Assembly (NCBI GenBank): GCA_038087875.1
Contig: CM075986.1
Span: forward strand, 15,190,001-15,254,000
From: Malacoraja senta
Taxonomy: Eukaryota
Direction: 5' to 3'
DNA length: 64,000 bases
Program-made: the position numbers and the translations under genes
Part shown: positions 1 through 12,248 of the stretch, one piece after another
Position numbering within the stretch: position 1 is the stretch's first letter
Layout: each line of letters opens with the position of its first letter
Notes under the pieces: generated by a model
What the model was told of the DNA's origin: nothing
The model's database searches: none
The model's input: only the letters and a program-made list of their open reading frames with translations

Positions 1-529
1 GCTGCATTTCTCATCTGAAACCGAGGTTGAGTGCATGGTCTAGGCGGCACTGGTATAGTACCAAGGTCGTTGAGGTAAATTTCAACAATTTCAAGAGCAC
101 ACTTGATGAAAATTACGGGTTTCCCTGTGCCTTGAAATATATTCATCTTGGTCTTTTAGTATTGGAATATCACTGACAAAGCCAGCATTTATTACGTATC
201 TGTAGTTATCGTTGAGAAAGTAAGGGTAGCCATTGCTGCTATCCATCCACGGTGAAGGTACTATGTGTAGGGAACTCAAGATTTAGGCTCAACAACAATG
301 AAGGAATGGTGAAATATTCCCATGTCAGGATGCTGCACATTGAGAATCCACCAGTGTGGTGCTTATATAAGTGTGGTGCTTATTCGCATAGGGCTAGTGC
401 CCTCGGTTTGGTGGTGGCATTTGCTGGTGTGGGAGATGCTATCAGAGAGCCGAAGGGATGGTGCATTCTACTGCCACGGTGCATTGGAGGTCAAGGGAAC
501 TAATATTTAGGATAGTGCATAGAGTACTA

Positions 530-1140
530 GTCAAAGGTTGAAAGTACTGAAAAAACTCAGCAGGTCATGTAAAATATGTGGATATATAATCCGAAAACAA
601 ATAATGTTTCAAGTAGAATCAAAACTGGGAAAGAAAGTTGCAGAAAAGATCAGGGTGGAATGAATAAGACAAAGGGAACATCTCTGATTGGGCGAGGCTG
701 AGGTTGCCCAGTTTTCAGAGTTGGCTGGTTAATAGATTAACTAAAGCGTTTTGAGAGGAAAGGGAAAAAGGGATGTATAAAACTGGAATGTAGGTCAGAG
801 CTGTTGCTAAAACTCTCAAATCCAAAGGAGAATGTTGGAAATACTCAGTAGATCAGGCAATATCTGTGGAGAGAACAAAACGAAGGTAATATTATAGCTG
901 AACAACCTTGCAATAGAACTGGACGAATCTGATACTAGTCGACAAAGGAAGATATCTGAAGTTGTTGAATTTGATTTTGGGTCTCTTAAGCTGCAACATA
1001 CTGAGGTAAAAGATGATCCTGAAGCTTGCATCAAGCTTTGTTGAAACTGTAGGAGACCACAGGCAGGCAGGTTGGAGTGGGGTGGATGTACAATGATGGG
1101 CAACGGGGTCTTTAATTCTTACCCCACTTTCACCCACACC
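530..1140 (-). mobile_element. Penelope-like element 3' remnant
   Basis: Minus-strand TKLDASFRIIFYLSMLQLKRPKIKFNNFR resembles the PLE C-terminus (RKLEEQHLIFRLG..QP.G.NIEFSNF); two copies of the terminal repeat follow. Confidence 0.6.
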
Positions 1141-4077
1141 AATCTGTTTGTGCTTGGTAATGAATCAACGTCAGTACAGAGAAAGAAGAAGGAATAAGAG
1201 ATAAATTTACACTGTTGCTGATCCAAAAGTAGAAATTTTGTTGGTGTTGATATAGCGTCAGGAATTAGGACAAACAATCTTTACATTGAGGGCAGTCTAG
1301 TTTAGCCTGAGATCATGCCAAGGGAAAGATATGAAATTGATGACAATATCACAGGGTTCATAGCTAGGATCAAATGTTGGAGAAAATTGAGGATTATCTG
1401 AATATCATGCAGGATAAGTACTCTAAAACCAAAACAGTGGAACTTTGGAGTCGAGTCCTGGAGGAATAATTTTGTGTCATTACATGTATAGAAGTCAATA
1501 AATGATATTGGCAAAGTGCAATATATAAGTGAAAACAGGGAGGGGCAGATTCAATACTGAAAGGTGGTGGTGAGACATTTTTCTTGAGTCTCTCTAGCTA
1601 TGCTGAGGTAAATATACATGAACTCAACCAAGGAGGGTGTTGGAGGAATCTGCTATGAAGAAATTATTCAACTCTGCAGAATAGTCAAAGAAAGTTGATT
1701 TCCTATTGTCACAGAGAAGGTTGTTTATGATAGAACAGATCATTTGTCACGGCAGAAATGGGAAACTCAAACAGGATATTAAAGGAATGACGTGAATGGA
1801 TTAAGGAATCGACATGGTTAATGACTTTGGAAAAGATTGGAGTTGGAGAAAGTGTTTTTACGTGTAAGCTTATAAATGCCTGTCACTGGTTGAACAGGGC
1901 CAGAAGCCCAGATTTCACTGAATTCATATTTTCAAATACTAACTGACAGGATGTTACTTGAGATTGATCAATTATTTGTCCTCCTCTAAGACTCAGGGCA
2001 CTGATACTCTCAAGTTAGGTTTATTGTCATATGCACAAGAACAGCGAGGAACTGATACAATGAAAATTCTGCAGCAGCATCAGAGGTAATTGACTCAGAC
2101 TATGCATAAAACCATAAATTATACATACATCATACATGACAGTGGAAAGAATCGTTAATAACATTAGCTCTCAGCTAGAGTGACAACTTGTATCTTTGTA
2201 GGTGATATTACCATCAAAATACTAACAGAAATAGGTAGGGAAGTGATGGGAGGGGGGGTGACGTTGGGTGTGAGAGGGAGATGGAAGTGACCAAAGTTTG
2301 GATAAAGCCAGACAACATGTGGTCCCGCGTGTAATATTTTTTGCCTGCAATTTTTCACTAAAACTATCCTGTGATGTCTGCCAACGTAAAAAAAGGCAGC
2401 TGCTTTGACAGGCTGAAATATTACATTGAGCTTAGTAGATTAAATTGAATGGAAGATTATAAGACAGACCTCAGGTGTTCAATCTGAGCCATTAATAAAG
2501 TGCTGCTGTGTAATCATGGGTTTCTTATTTCCTCCTGATGTGTATTAAAACTCATGGCAGAATTCAGTTGTGATTACTGAGCCATGGTGGCACTGACACC
2601 TGAAACAAAATGCATGACAGCGGAAAAAAATACCTGTAGCGTTGAGGTATGAGCTCTGTATTCAGTCATGTTTGCGGCATTTTCCAATGGAGCACTTTGT
2701 GATTATAAAGCATTATTTCTCATGGGAAATATTCCCATTTTATCAAACGGGAAAACTGAGTGATGTGTTGTTTTCCCCAAGTAGTCGGAAGCCATTAGTA
2801 TAAGTAAATGCAATTAAATGTTTCTGATGCTCATTAATCACCTGCAGTTTCATTTCAGGATATAAGCAGTGACCTGTCTTGTTCCCAGCAAACTCGAGAC
2901 CAAATGGTAAAACTGATATCAGTTATCATTAATGCACACATAATCTCAGTAAGACAGAACTAAAATGTTAGTTTAGCTATCTATATGTTTGCTTAGAAAC
3001 CGGAAAGTGGAGTATCTTTCAGCATATGATGCAACTAAAAATCAAGTTTTCCATTGGTGAGTGATAACCACTTCTGGACCCTTTTGCAGTATTCAAGAAT
3101 TTGACCAATACACTCTTACTGCATAAGCTCCAGATTCATCACAGTGTTTTTGGTCCTCCAGACCAAACCGTCACAAATACTTCCATCCAAATTCTAATGA
3201 AAAGACTCATTGCTGTGCTGGGAACCTGGGATGAAACCCTGGCCTTGGATTGGCAAGGAGAGGCTGCATGTGAGGATTGCTCGTGAGTGGGTTGGGGCTG
3301 AGATGAGGATCTCAGGGCAGCAACTTGGCTAACCTGGATCCTATGATCTTTCTCATGACCTCCTGCTGGAATTGAAGGAAACTGCTTTCTCCATCTCTCT
3401 TTATTTGACTGCACAGCTCTCACCCTGGCCCAGAGATTTCTTCATGATAACAGCTCACGTGAGAGGGGTGTTAGCAACATCCATCACATGCTGAGCAGAA
3501 TCACCACTCCTGGTTCCCCCAACAGCAGTTCTCAGGAGCAACCTGGTACTATGGGGTGACCCATTGTAGGGTTCATGATAATGGCTCCTTAAGTGCTGGT
3601 TCCATGAGCAAGCTCATTCTTGGGAATACTTGTGTAGTACCATCCGTGCTGTGGAGACTCGAGGAATTGCAGATGCAATTTTGAGCAAAACACAAGTGCT
3701 GGAGGAATTTAGCAGGTCAGGCGTGATCAATAGCAGGAATGCACAGGTGATGTTTCAGGTCAGGATCTTTCTTCAGACTTACTGTGCCATTCTAGATGTT
3801 AGAGCACCTTGCCTCATGTTTTCAACTTTTGCAGCCAAACTGATCAAATAACTACTGCTACATGCATTGAATTTGATAATGAAATAGCAATTAAATTAAT
3901 TAGAAAACACAGGGAACTTGTTTGTTCATTTTAAAAGCCCTTCCTGCACCTAGAAAGGGCTGAGGTACGCCTGTATCTACTTTTTTGGTCAGGCTGTTAA
4001 TGGAGACCCTGGGGGTTTTTTCCTGGACGACTGTAAACCATCCATGAGATTACTACAAAGTAGAGCAGGGAAGTTAA

Positions 4078-4405
4078 AAGCCCTGTCCCACTGTACGAGT
4101 TCATTCAAGTGCTCTCCCAAGTTTTAAAAAAAATCAAACTCGTGGTAAGCACGTAGAATGAACGTAGCGGGTACGTCGGAGCTCGGGGACGTCTCTTAGC
4201 GGCTCGTAACGCTAACGGCAGGTACTCGGGAAACGCGGTAAGCTCGGGAAGACTCGTGAAGATTTTTCAACGTTGAAAAACGTCCATGAGAGCCCCATGT
4301 ACATGTCCATGTACCTACGAGCGGCCATTACCGTAAATCTCCGAGTTCGAATCAGGGCAAACTCGGGAGAACTCATGAATGAACTCGTACAGTGGGACAG
4401 GGGTT
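4078..4405. mobile_element. MITE, CTGTCCCAC-terminus family A (PIF/Harbinger-like), 328 bp
   Basis: TIR CCCTGTCCCACTGTACGAGTTCATTC / GAATGAACTCGTACAGTGGGACAGGG; flanks TAA and TCA; close paralog at 60402-60731. Confidence 0.85.
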
Positions 4406-5407
4406 TCAATCTCAACATAACAAAAATAGATGATATCCTCATTGTCACATTGCTTTTTTCAGATCTTACTGTGTACAGCTTTCCTTGTTTCCTGATTTGC
4501 GATGATAGCTACTTGTTCGGCATGGATATATTGGGCCAAAGGGACCTGTTTCTGAATGTATGAATCTATGACTATGCTTGAAAAACACTTTATTGTCCAC
4601 ACGTGAATATAGACTCTCTTCATAAGGACAACCCCTTCATTCCAGGAAAAAGCTTGTAAATGTACACTGAAGTGCCCACAAGGCCTGTATGTTCTTACTT
4701 AAATGTGGAGTACAAAACTCCATCCTGTACTCTGAATGTATATGTTAAGTAACTCTTTTGTACTCCAATCCATTGCAATAAAAAAACAACAACCCATTTG
4801 CCTTCCAGCATATTCATTGATTGTTCCCAGAACCACCTCACACAAGCTTTTCCGTTAACAATTTCTGTTAAGTTTCTTACCATTTTACAAATGGTGCTTT
4901 TCTATTTATTTCCACCAAGGTGAACAGCCTTACAAATTTCCACAACTCCATCTGCCTTTACCTTGCTCCATCAGTTGAAGATTCTAAGCACCTTCACATC
5001 TCACTTTCTTATCTAGTTTTCATATCATCATCAAAATTAGATACTTTACACTCAACACAGAGCGTATTGTCAATTGCTTATGCATTACTGTTCCTGTGCC
5101 ATCTACTAGCAACTGTTTGGTGATCTGCAAATAACACGTTAATTTTCACTCTCTGTTCTTTAAACAATTTTCAATCGATGCTGATGAATCCATCCTGCAC
5201 CACATTGTACAGGATGTGTACTGAATGAGACTGAGGGGCCTTCGCTATATCTATTTATCAGAGTACTAAGTATACATTTAGTAACTCTTATTTATCTACA
5301 GTTTTACAGATAGCTTGTCAGCTCCTCCAGAGTTAATGGCTACTCCAGACTCTCCCACTTCCTGTTATCAGAAAGCTCTGAGCTAGAGGATAGCAATTTC
5401 TGGGAGG

Positions 5408-6383
5408 CAGGGCCGGCCTTAGGAGGTGCGGGGCCCAATTGGGAACAATTTTGGTGAGCCCCAGGTTCCCAGCCAAGGTCTGTAGATTCATAGAAATATA
5501 ATTAAAGTCTATTATAGACTTCATATCTCCATGGTAGAATGGAAAGTAATCAAAATGTGCGCTTAAAAGGTGCATGCGACTTAATGGACCAAACAGATCT
5601 AAGCTACATTTTAATATAAAATTGCAAACATGTAGGCCTACAAGTAACAAACAAAATGTGTAGATCACCTCTGAAAAGTACATAGTTACAATACCACTTG
5701 TTTTAGTGACTGTGAAATGAAAAAAAAAAGTAATTAAATTAAATAGATCCTGGAAAACCAATAACCATTGGTGAAAAAACAGTCCGGGCATTAAATTTTG
5801 GGCTTCAGCCCCATCCTAACTTAGTTGTGTGTGTTAGTTTCTGTGCGTGATGTGTGTGTGGGAGGGAAGGAGAGAAGGAAGGGAGGGAGGGAGGGAAGTA
5901 GAGAAAGGAGGGAGGGAAGGAGAGAAAGAAGGGATGGAGCAAATGAGAGAAGGGAAAAGAGAGAGGAAGGAGAGAAGGGAGGGAGAGGGCCGGCAGCGGG
6001 AGCGGATGCCAGGTTCCGGGCGGACGGGTATGAGCTGAGGCCGAGGTTTGTAAACGTTGCTCCAACCCCTGGCCCGGCCCTCCGTGTATTGTTCACCGCG
6101 TCTCCCCAATGGAGAGAGAGGGGTGGAGCCGGGGCTGTGTGCCTGAAGCACGGTGACTGAAGGGGCGGGAGCGCTGCCCCGGGACCGTGAGGGAATGACC
6201 CACCTCTCCTTCTCCCCCTTCTCCATTCCCCCTCACACCCCCCTCCCCGTCTACGCCTTTGTTTCCCCTTCACCCCTCTCTCCCCCCTCCACCCGGGGTA
6301 CATCTACCCGTGCCGAGAGTAGATTACTCTGGCGCGGGGCCCAATTGGGAGCAATCGGTCCAATCGGCTTAAGACCGGCCCTG
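5408..6383. mobile_element. Non-autonomous hAT element (Tip100-like termini), 976 bp
   Basis: TIRs CAGGGCCGGCCTTA / TAAGACCGGCCCTG (1 mismatch); perfect 8-bp TSD CTGGGAGG at 5400-5407 and 6384-6391; subterminal GCGGGGCCCAATTGGGA near both ends; internal GA-rich and CT-rich tracts; no transposase. Confidence 0.92.
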
Positions 6384-7660
6384 CTGGGAGGCTGTTCTGT
6401 CTGGCCTTTCATTCTGTCTGGCCTTTCATTCTTATAGCCTGGTAAAGGAGATTGGCAGTTCCTTAATATGTCCAGCTGCATATGCATTGCTGAACCAACC
6501 CCTTCATTAAATGATGCTGATCATAGAGCTGCTTCTTTTGGAAGAAGAACCATTTGCTCAACTCATCCTGCTTCCTGTCCCAGCCTCTGGATTGGAAAAT
6601 GGTCTTGGACTCTATGAGACAAAGGGCATAGGTTGCTGCTTCTCTATCTCTTGGAGCCCCTCCTTCATATTCACCTCCATCAAGAACTGCACGCTACTTC
6701 AGGGTTGACACACAGTTCCATCTATATTTCTAAATACATTTGAGGATGAAGAACCTTTTGATGTTCATCTTGATTACGTCCCTCCAATCCATCAGGGAGT
6801 CAAGGTGGGTTTCACATTTCTCCAATACGTGTAATCCCCTAAAAGTTATTTGTTCTCTGGGGTCAACTGTTCAACTTTCAGCTTCTATGTCCCTTTGTCA
6901 GCCTTTTGGTCTCTCTGCATACAGCCAACAGGAAGCAATTGTCAGAGTTGAGGCTCTGTTTTTCTGTATTATGACTCTCTGAATCTATGTCGACTTGGTG
7001 AAGTTAATGACTTAGACTATCATGCATTGGTGGTTAGAGTTCCGCTTGCTAGACATGGTCAGTGACTGGCAAATGTTACTTATCACTTGTCAACCCATGC
7101 CTGAATGTTGTCCAGGTCTTGCTGCTTGAAAAGATGGATTGCTTCATTTTGCTGTGGAGTTGTGAATGGAATTGAACAACTTACAATTGTTGGAATACTT
7201 CCCCTCTTCTGAACATACAATGAATTGGGGGTCAGTAATGAAGCATCTGAATTTGGCTGTTCAAGTTTGATCCAAGGATCAAAATTGGAATGCTCAAATA
7301 GTAATTTTGAAAAGAAACAAAAATTAAAGGCTAAAAGTTTTTTTAAAAAGCTATAGTGATAGTGACTGGCATGGACTGATTATGAATTGCAAACAAGAGA
7401 TGAACTGCTGGTTCACTTTGTTGGTTGTCCATCCTTCAAGGACTCCTTGCATGTCAACCAACACAATAGATAAATGGGATGGTGCAAGTTATGATAGGTT
7501 CAGTAAAGCTTGAATGTAACAGTGAAAGAGGCCAATAATCTGTTGGTATTACACTGGCTGTTTTGAAAAATAATCCAGTCAACCACATTGCATTATTCTT
7601 TCCTGAGCACCACTTTTAGCTCGTCAAATTCCTTACTGAAGGCAACTATTGATCTGTAAA

Positions 7661-7763
7661 CAAAGGTAGACAAAAGTGCTGGAGAAACTCAGCGGGTGCG
7701 GCAGCATCTATGGAGCGAAGGAAATATGCAACGTTTCGGGCCGAAACCCTTCTTCAGACCCGG
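7661..7763 (-). mobile_element. 103-bp Penelope-terminus insertion with 16-bp TSD and hammerhead-like core
   Basis: Perfect direct repeat ACTATTGATCTGTAAA at 7645-7660 and 7764-7779; minus strand reads CTGAAGA-A-GGGTTTCGGCCC-GAAA-CGTT. Confidence 0.85.
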
Positions 7764-8098
7764 ACTATTGATCTGTAAATGCGGCTTCTTCCTCACAATA
7801 TCTCTGGTTCTTTTGCCATTCATCCTAAAATGGTCCTGTCCGGTTATCAACCTTTCACCCATTAGAAAGCATTTCTCTTTATTATATCCATTGAAATCCA
7901 GCGCAACATTAAACGTTTTTTTCGTTTTTTTAATTAATATGGTATGCTAAAGGAAAATATCCAAGATTATTCACATTAATATATTTATAAATTTCCGTTG
8001 CCAGTCTAGTATGCCTCTCAGAGCCTTACATCTTTCTCAAATTGCCCAAAACTGCACAGAACACTTCAGCTAGGGCAGGTCTAGTGTTTAACATTGGT

Positions 8099-8412
8099 CA
8101 AGAGTGTTTTATTGTCATATGTCCCGGACAGGACAATGAAATTCTTACTTGCTGCAGCACAACAGAATATGTGAACATGTAAACATTGTATATAACGGGG
8201 AAAAAAATAAAAAGTTCAATAAATAACTAATATAGTGCAAATAACAAGTAATATAGTCTTTTGCAGTTCAGAGCTCATAGCTTATTTGTTGTGTTTAATA
8301 GCCTGATGGCTATGGGGAAGAAGCTGTTCCTGAACCTGGACATTACAGTCTTCAGGCTCCTGCACCTTCTTCCTGATGGCAGTGGTGAGATAAGTGTATG
8401 GCCAGGATGATG
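8099..8412 (-). mobile_element. Rex/Babar-type LINE 3' fragment
   Basis: HHPGHTLISPLPSGRRCRSLKTVMSRFRNSFFPIAIRLLN, then 3' UTR ending TGACAATAAA. Confidence 0.8.
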
Positions 8413-8902
8413 TGGCTGAGTGGATATAAGTTTATGTTGGGTGGAATATTGGAGGTCAAGCACAAGAACAGTGAAATCATCAAGTCTAGGGGAAGCACAA
8501 GATGGAGCCCGATGCTGAGTATTTCCAGCATTTTAGGTTTGCTTTTACATAATTGTATGTGAAACTGACTGCCAGGGAGAAGCTTGCAAATAGTGTCCAG
8601 TGAAAAGACTTTATGGCAGGGACCAACAACAAAGGCCTCAAGGACATTTCTGTTTAGTCAATCCTGATGAAACAGCAGTGGAACAAATCAGAGTGCACTT
8701 TACTGCAATGATTTATTTTTTATCATTCTTCAATATGGCCATTACGATTTCAAAGTACAACTCAAGTAACTCAGACCTTGCAGAACCGTCGTCACGCACA
8801 GGATGATTCATTGTAGTTGGCCATAACCATTTATCTTCAGAAGTGACATCCATCAACATAACGAATATCAGAGAATAATTACACTTCCTCAGGTGGCATA
8901 GA

Positions 8903-9163
8903 GGGGTGCAACGGTAGAGTTGCTGCCTTACAGCGCCAAAGACAGGGTTCAATCCTGATTACAGGTGCTGTCTGTACAGAGTTTGTACATTCTCCCCGGT
9001 TTTCTCTCCCACTCCAAAGACGTACAGTTTTGTAGGTTAATTGGCTTGGTGTAAATGTAAATTGTCCCTGGTGTGTAGGGTGGTGTTAATGTGCAGGGAT
9101 CGCTGGTCGGTGCAGACTTGGTATGCCAATGGGCCTGTTTCCACGCTGTATCTCTAAACTAAA
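8903..9163 (+). mobile_element. HE1-type V-SINE
   Basis: tRNA-like head (CGGTAGAGTTGCTGCC, B-box GGGTTCAATCC), V-domain GAGTTTGTACATTCTCCCC, CR1-like tail GGGCCTGTTTCC..CTAAA repeats. Confidence 0.9.
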
Positions 9164-9844
9164 TACCAAGGCATGTAAAACTAGACTAAACTAGGAATTA
9201 TCAAATTGCCATTCTAAACAGTGTGGTAACACTTTGAAAATGAGAATTGATAACATTTACAGTTTTAATTGTAACAGAATCAAGATGGAACATTAAGTGA
9301 GTTTATCTCATAATAAATTGAACATAATTACTTTTCATATTTTGTTTGGTTTCCAATTCACAACTAGATTACTACAATTTATCATGGAAAATGTGACCTT
9401 GTACTTTATTTCAGTACCACTGCTATCTGGTTGTCAAGATTCAGCAAATACCATCTGCTTAGATCTTTACCAATGTTGCTCAGTAATCAGTTAATAAAGG
9501 ATGAGCAAGCTTAGCTTAGAAAAATGCCTATTCATTGTTGAAGGGCACATTATTGACGCATGACTGAAAACTTGACCTGCAAAAAGTCACCATGCTTAAG
9601 TGTTTTTGGTGATGAAGGTGAAATGCAATACGTGAGGGTCACAACGACCGCAAAAAACGTATTCTCATGTTCATAATCAGAACATAGTATTTGCACAACA
9701 ATCTTTCAACATTTCACAATCAATGAACACAACTGCCAAACACAATTAGTAAGGAAATAATTATCTAGTAGATTAGTTTCAAATGTTGCTGTTATATTTG
9801 GTAGATCTTAGATGTGAATTCTGTTTTAGTTATTGAGATAACTA

Positions 9845-10137
9845 GTTTAATTTAGTTAAGGGATACATCAAGGAAACAGGCCTTTCGGCCCACCGAGACC
9901 ATGCCGACCAGCAATTCCTGCACACTAGCACTATCCTACACACACTATGAACAATTTTACCAAGCCAATTAGCCTAGAAACCTGTACGTCTGGAGCATGG
10001 GAGGAAACCGGACCACCAGGGGAAAACCCATGCAGGTCACGGAGAGAACATACAAACTCCATACAGTTGGCACCCGTAGTCCGAATCAAACCCAGGTCTC
10101 TGGCGTTTAAGGTAGCAACTTTACCGCTGTGCCACCC
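9845..10137 (-). mobile_element. HE1-type V-SINE
   Basis: Reverse complement of the same consensus. Confidence 0.9.
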
Positions 10138-12129
10138 CTATAATTTGCAGAAAACTTCTTGTGGCGTTTTAGAGCACAAAACAGGCCCTTTGGTCCAATT
10201 TATTCATGCTGCCCACGTTGCAGAACTGAGCTAGTCCTACTTGCCTCCGCTTGGCTCATATCCCTCCAAACCTCTCCTATCCATGTACCTGCAAGACAAA
10301 GGCAGAGTTGACAAAGCCAGTCTTGCCATTTGCCAGGTAATAGAATCTCCTTAATAGCAAGGGGCACCAGTATTACGTAGTCCCGCTCCACCAAAACATT
10401 TCAGGTTGATCGAGTTCTTGGCCGTTCCTAGGGTTTCTCGCCCAGTCTGGTATCCCTGGGGTGATGGGAGATGAGTGAGGAGTGAATTTGATTAATATTG
10501 TCCATAGGTCTATTTGCTTAAGGGATGTGGATTGTGGGCAAACAATTCAACGAAAGGTGAAGTTGGACCATATATTTTCTACAACTTTTCACACTTGTGC
10601 TTTATCCAGATGATTAACATGGACTGCTCAGGCTTGTTTGTTGGTTGTCCTTTGTGTTGTGCCTGAGAAGGCAGGTATTAGGTTTCCCACATTCCCTAAA
10701 AAGAAGATAAAAGTTTTATCAAGATATCATCAGTGCATTTGAAAATTTATCCTGTAATCTCTGATGCATAAATGGACTTGTAAGAGGCTAGTTAAAGAAA
10801 ACCAGCTGCACGAGTTACAGCTACGACCTACTAATATGTGATGATGAGTGTCAGGTCAATCTGTCCAATAAGGCAAAGAAAACTTCACATCATTAGTTCA
10901 GCCACACGTCCCAGCGGCACTAATATACACAAACAAGGGTTAGCTGTGCATCATTTTCAGTGGTTTCACAATGGATGTAAGAGCAGACATCTTATTAATT
11001 ATTACTGTCATTGTGTAACTCACCCTTTGTAGCTCACATGTTTATACTACTGAATGGGAGATTTCTAATGTGCTTGTACAGTTTTCTCTGAATTAGGAGG
11101 AATTATTTGTGCCAACGTTTGTAGAGTTTTCTATATTTGCAATTGTCTTTGGGCATCTTAAACATTTTGTTTTTATGGGCACTTCCCTTTTCCTGAAATC
11201 TAAATTTACCAGGCAACAATTATAGTTAACAATTGTGGCTGTGTTTTGTCTGTCTCCTATCTCATTTTTTGTGGTCTTAAATACAAGATTGTTGTACCCT
11301 CCAAATACTGATGTAACTGAATTCAGCTGACCTGGTACAGATTTAGAATAGGGCAGCGATGAAAGGCATCCTATCAATTTCGGAAGGACTGATGCTGGTT
11401 AATTTGCTGCTTTAGTCCTAAAGAGACCTGCCTGTCACTGAAGCGGTCACACTGCCCACCTTTTGAGCTAGCTTCAGTCATCTCTGCAGTCTATTGCCAA
11501 TGTAATGGCTGTGTTGAATGGTACTATATAATTGAATAGCAGGAACTATTGAAAGCTTCCTCCCCACCCCAAAGGAAGCCGCAACCTGTTCCATTTTTAA
11601 GACTGCGTCAGCTGCTGGCTCAGTAAGTGGACGTTTGCTAATTGCCACACGACATTCAGTCTTGATCACATTTCCTTGATTTCAGTGTGCTTGCTCGGTC
11701 AACTGTAAGGGCCCTGTTGGAGTGGCAGTAGTGGGAGCACAAATGTTGTCATCCTCAGAGATGTATGCCATAGATTTTCTGGCACCTCTCCCCCCCCATC
11801 CCCCCAATCTTCCCTGGCCAGAGAAGCAGATGGCAGTAGTTTGCACTTGAAGACAAATGCCACAGCCGCTTTCACAGCCTTGAGGCCTCTGCTAAAAATG
11901 GACTCCAGCAATATGATGGCAGCTAGTTGAGCCGGGATGATGAAGCATTGCCTCTGGTGCAATGACAGCTGAAAGGTCTGCTGTCATCCATCAGCATGTA
12001 GTCAGGTTGTCTGGTGAAAATAAGTTTTTATGCTGAAGAGTGCAGAGACATAGGGAAGGTTGAAGCTGTGCTCCTAGATTCATGCTCCTTGCGTCAAGGC
12101 CTCTCTGCTATCACTGGCTCTTCATACCA

Positions 12130-12248
12130 TTGTAAATTGTCTCTAGTTGTGTGTGTAGGATAGTGTTAGCGTGCGGGGATTGCTGGTCGTGGCCGACTCG
12201 GTGTGCCGAAGGGCCTGTTTCCACACTGTAGCTCTAAACTAAACTAAA
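12130..12248 (+). mobile_element. HE1-type SINE 3' half
   Basis: TGTAAATTGTC..GGGCCTGTTTCC..(CTAAA)3. Confidence 0.85.

Noticed and set aside
4074-4409. piggyBac or Kolobok assignment for the MITEs because of nearby TTAA and CCC
   Set aside because: TTAA is not present on both sides of any copy; the 60402 copy shows a clean TTA duplication
5805-6487. Cluster of overlapping 60-160 aa ORFs
   Set aside because: Low-complexity GA/CT tracts inside the hAT element; no domain signal
8903-8960. tRNA gene
   Set aside because: It is the tRNA-derived head of a SINE, continuous with the V-domain and tail
10340-10470. GC-richer island as a possible snRNA or other ncRNA
   Set aside because: No match to any RNA family I can recognise on either strand
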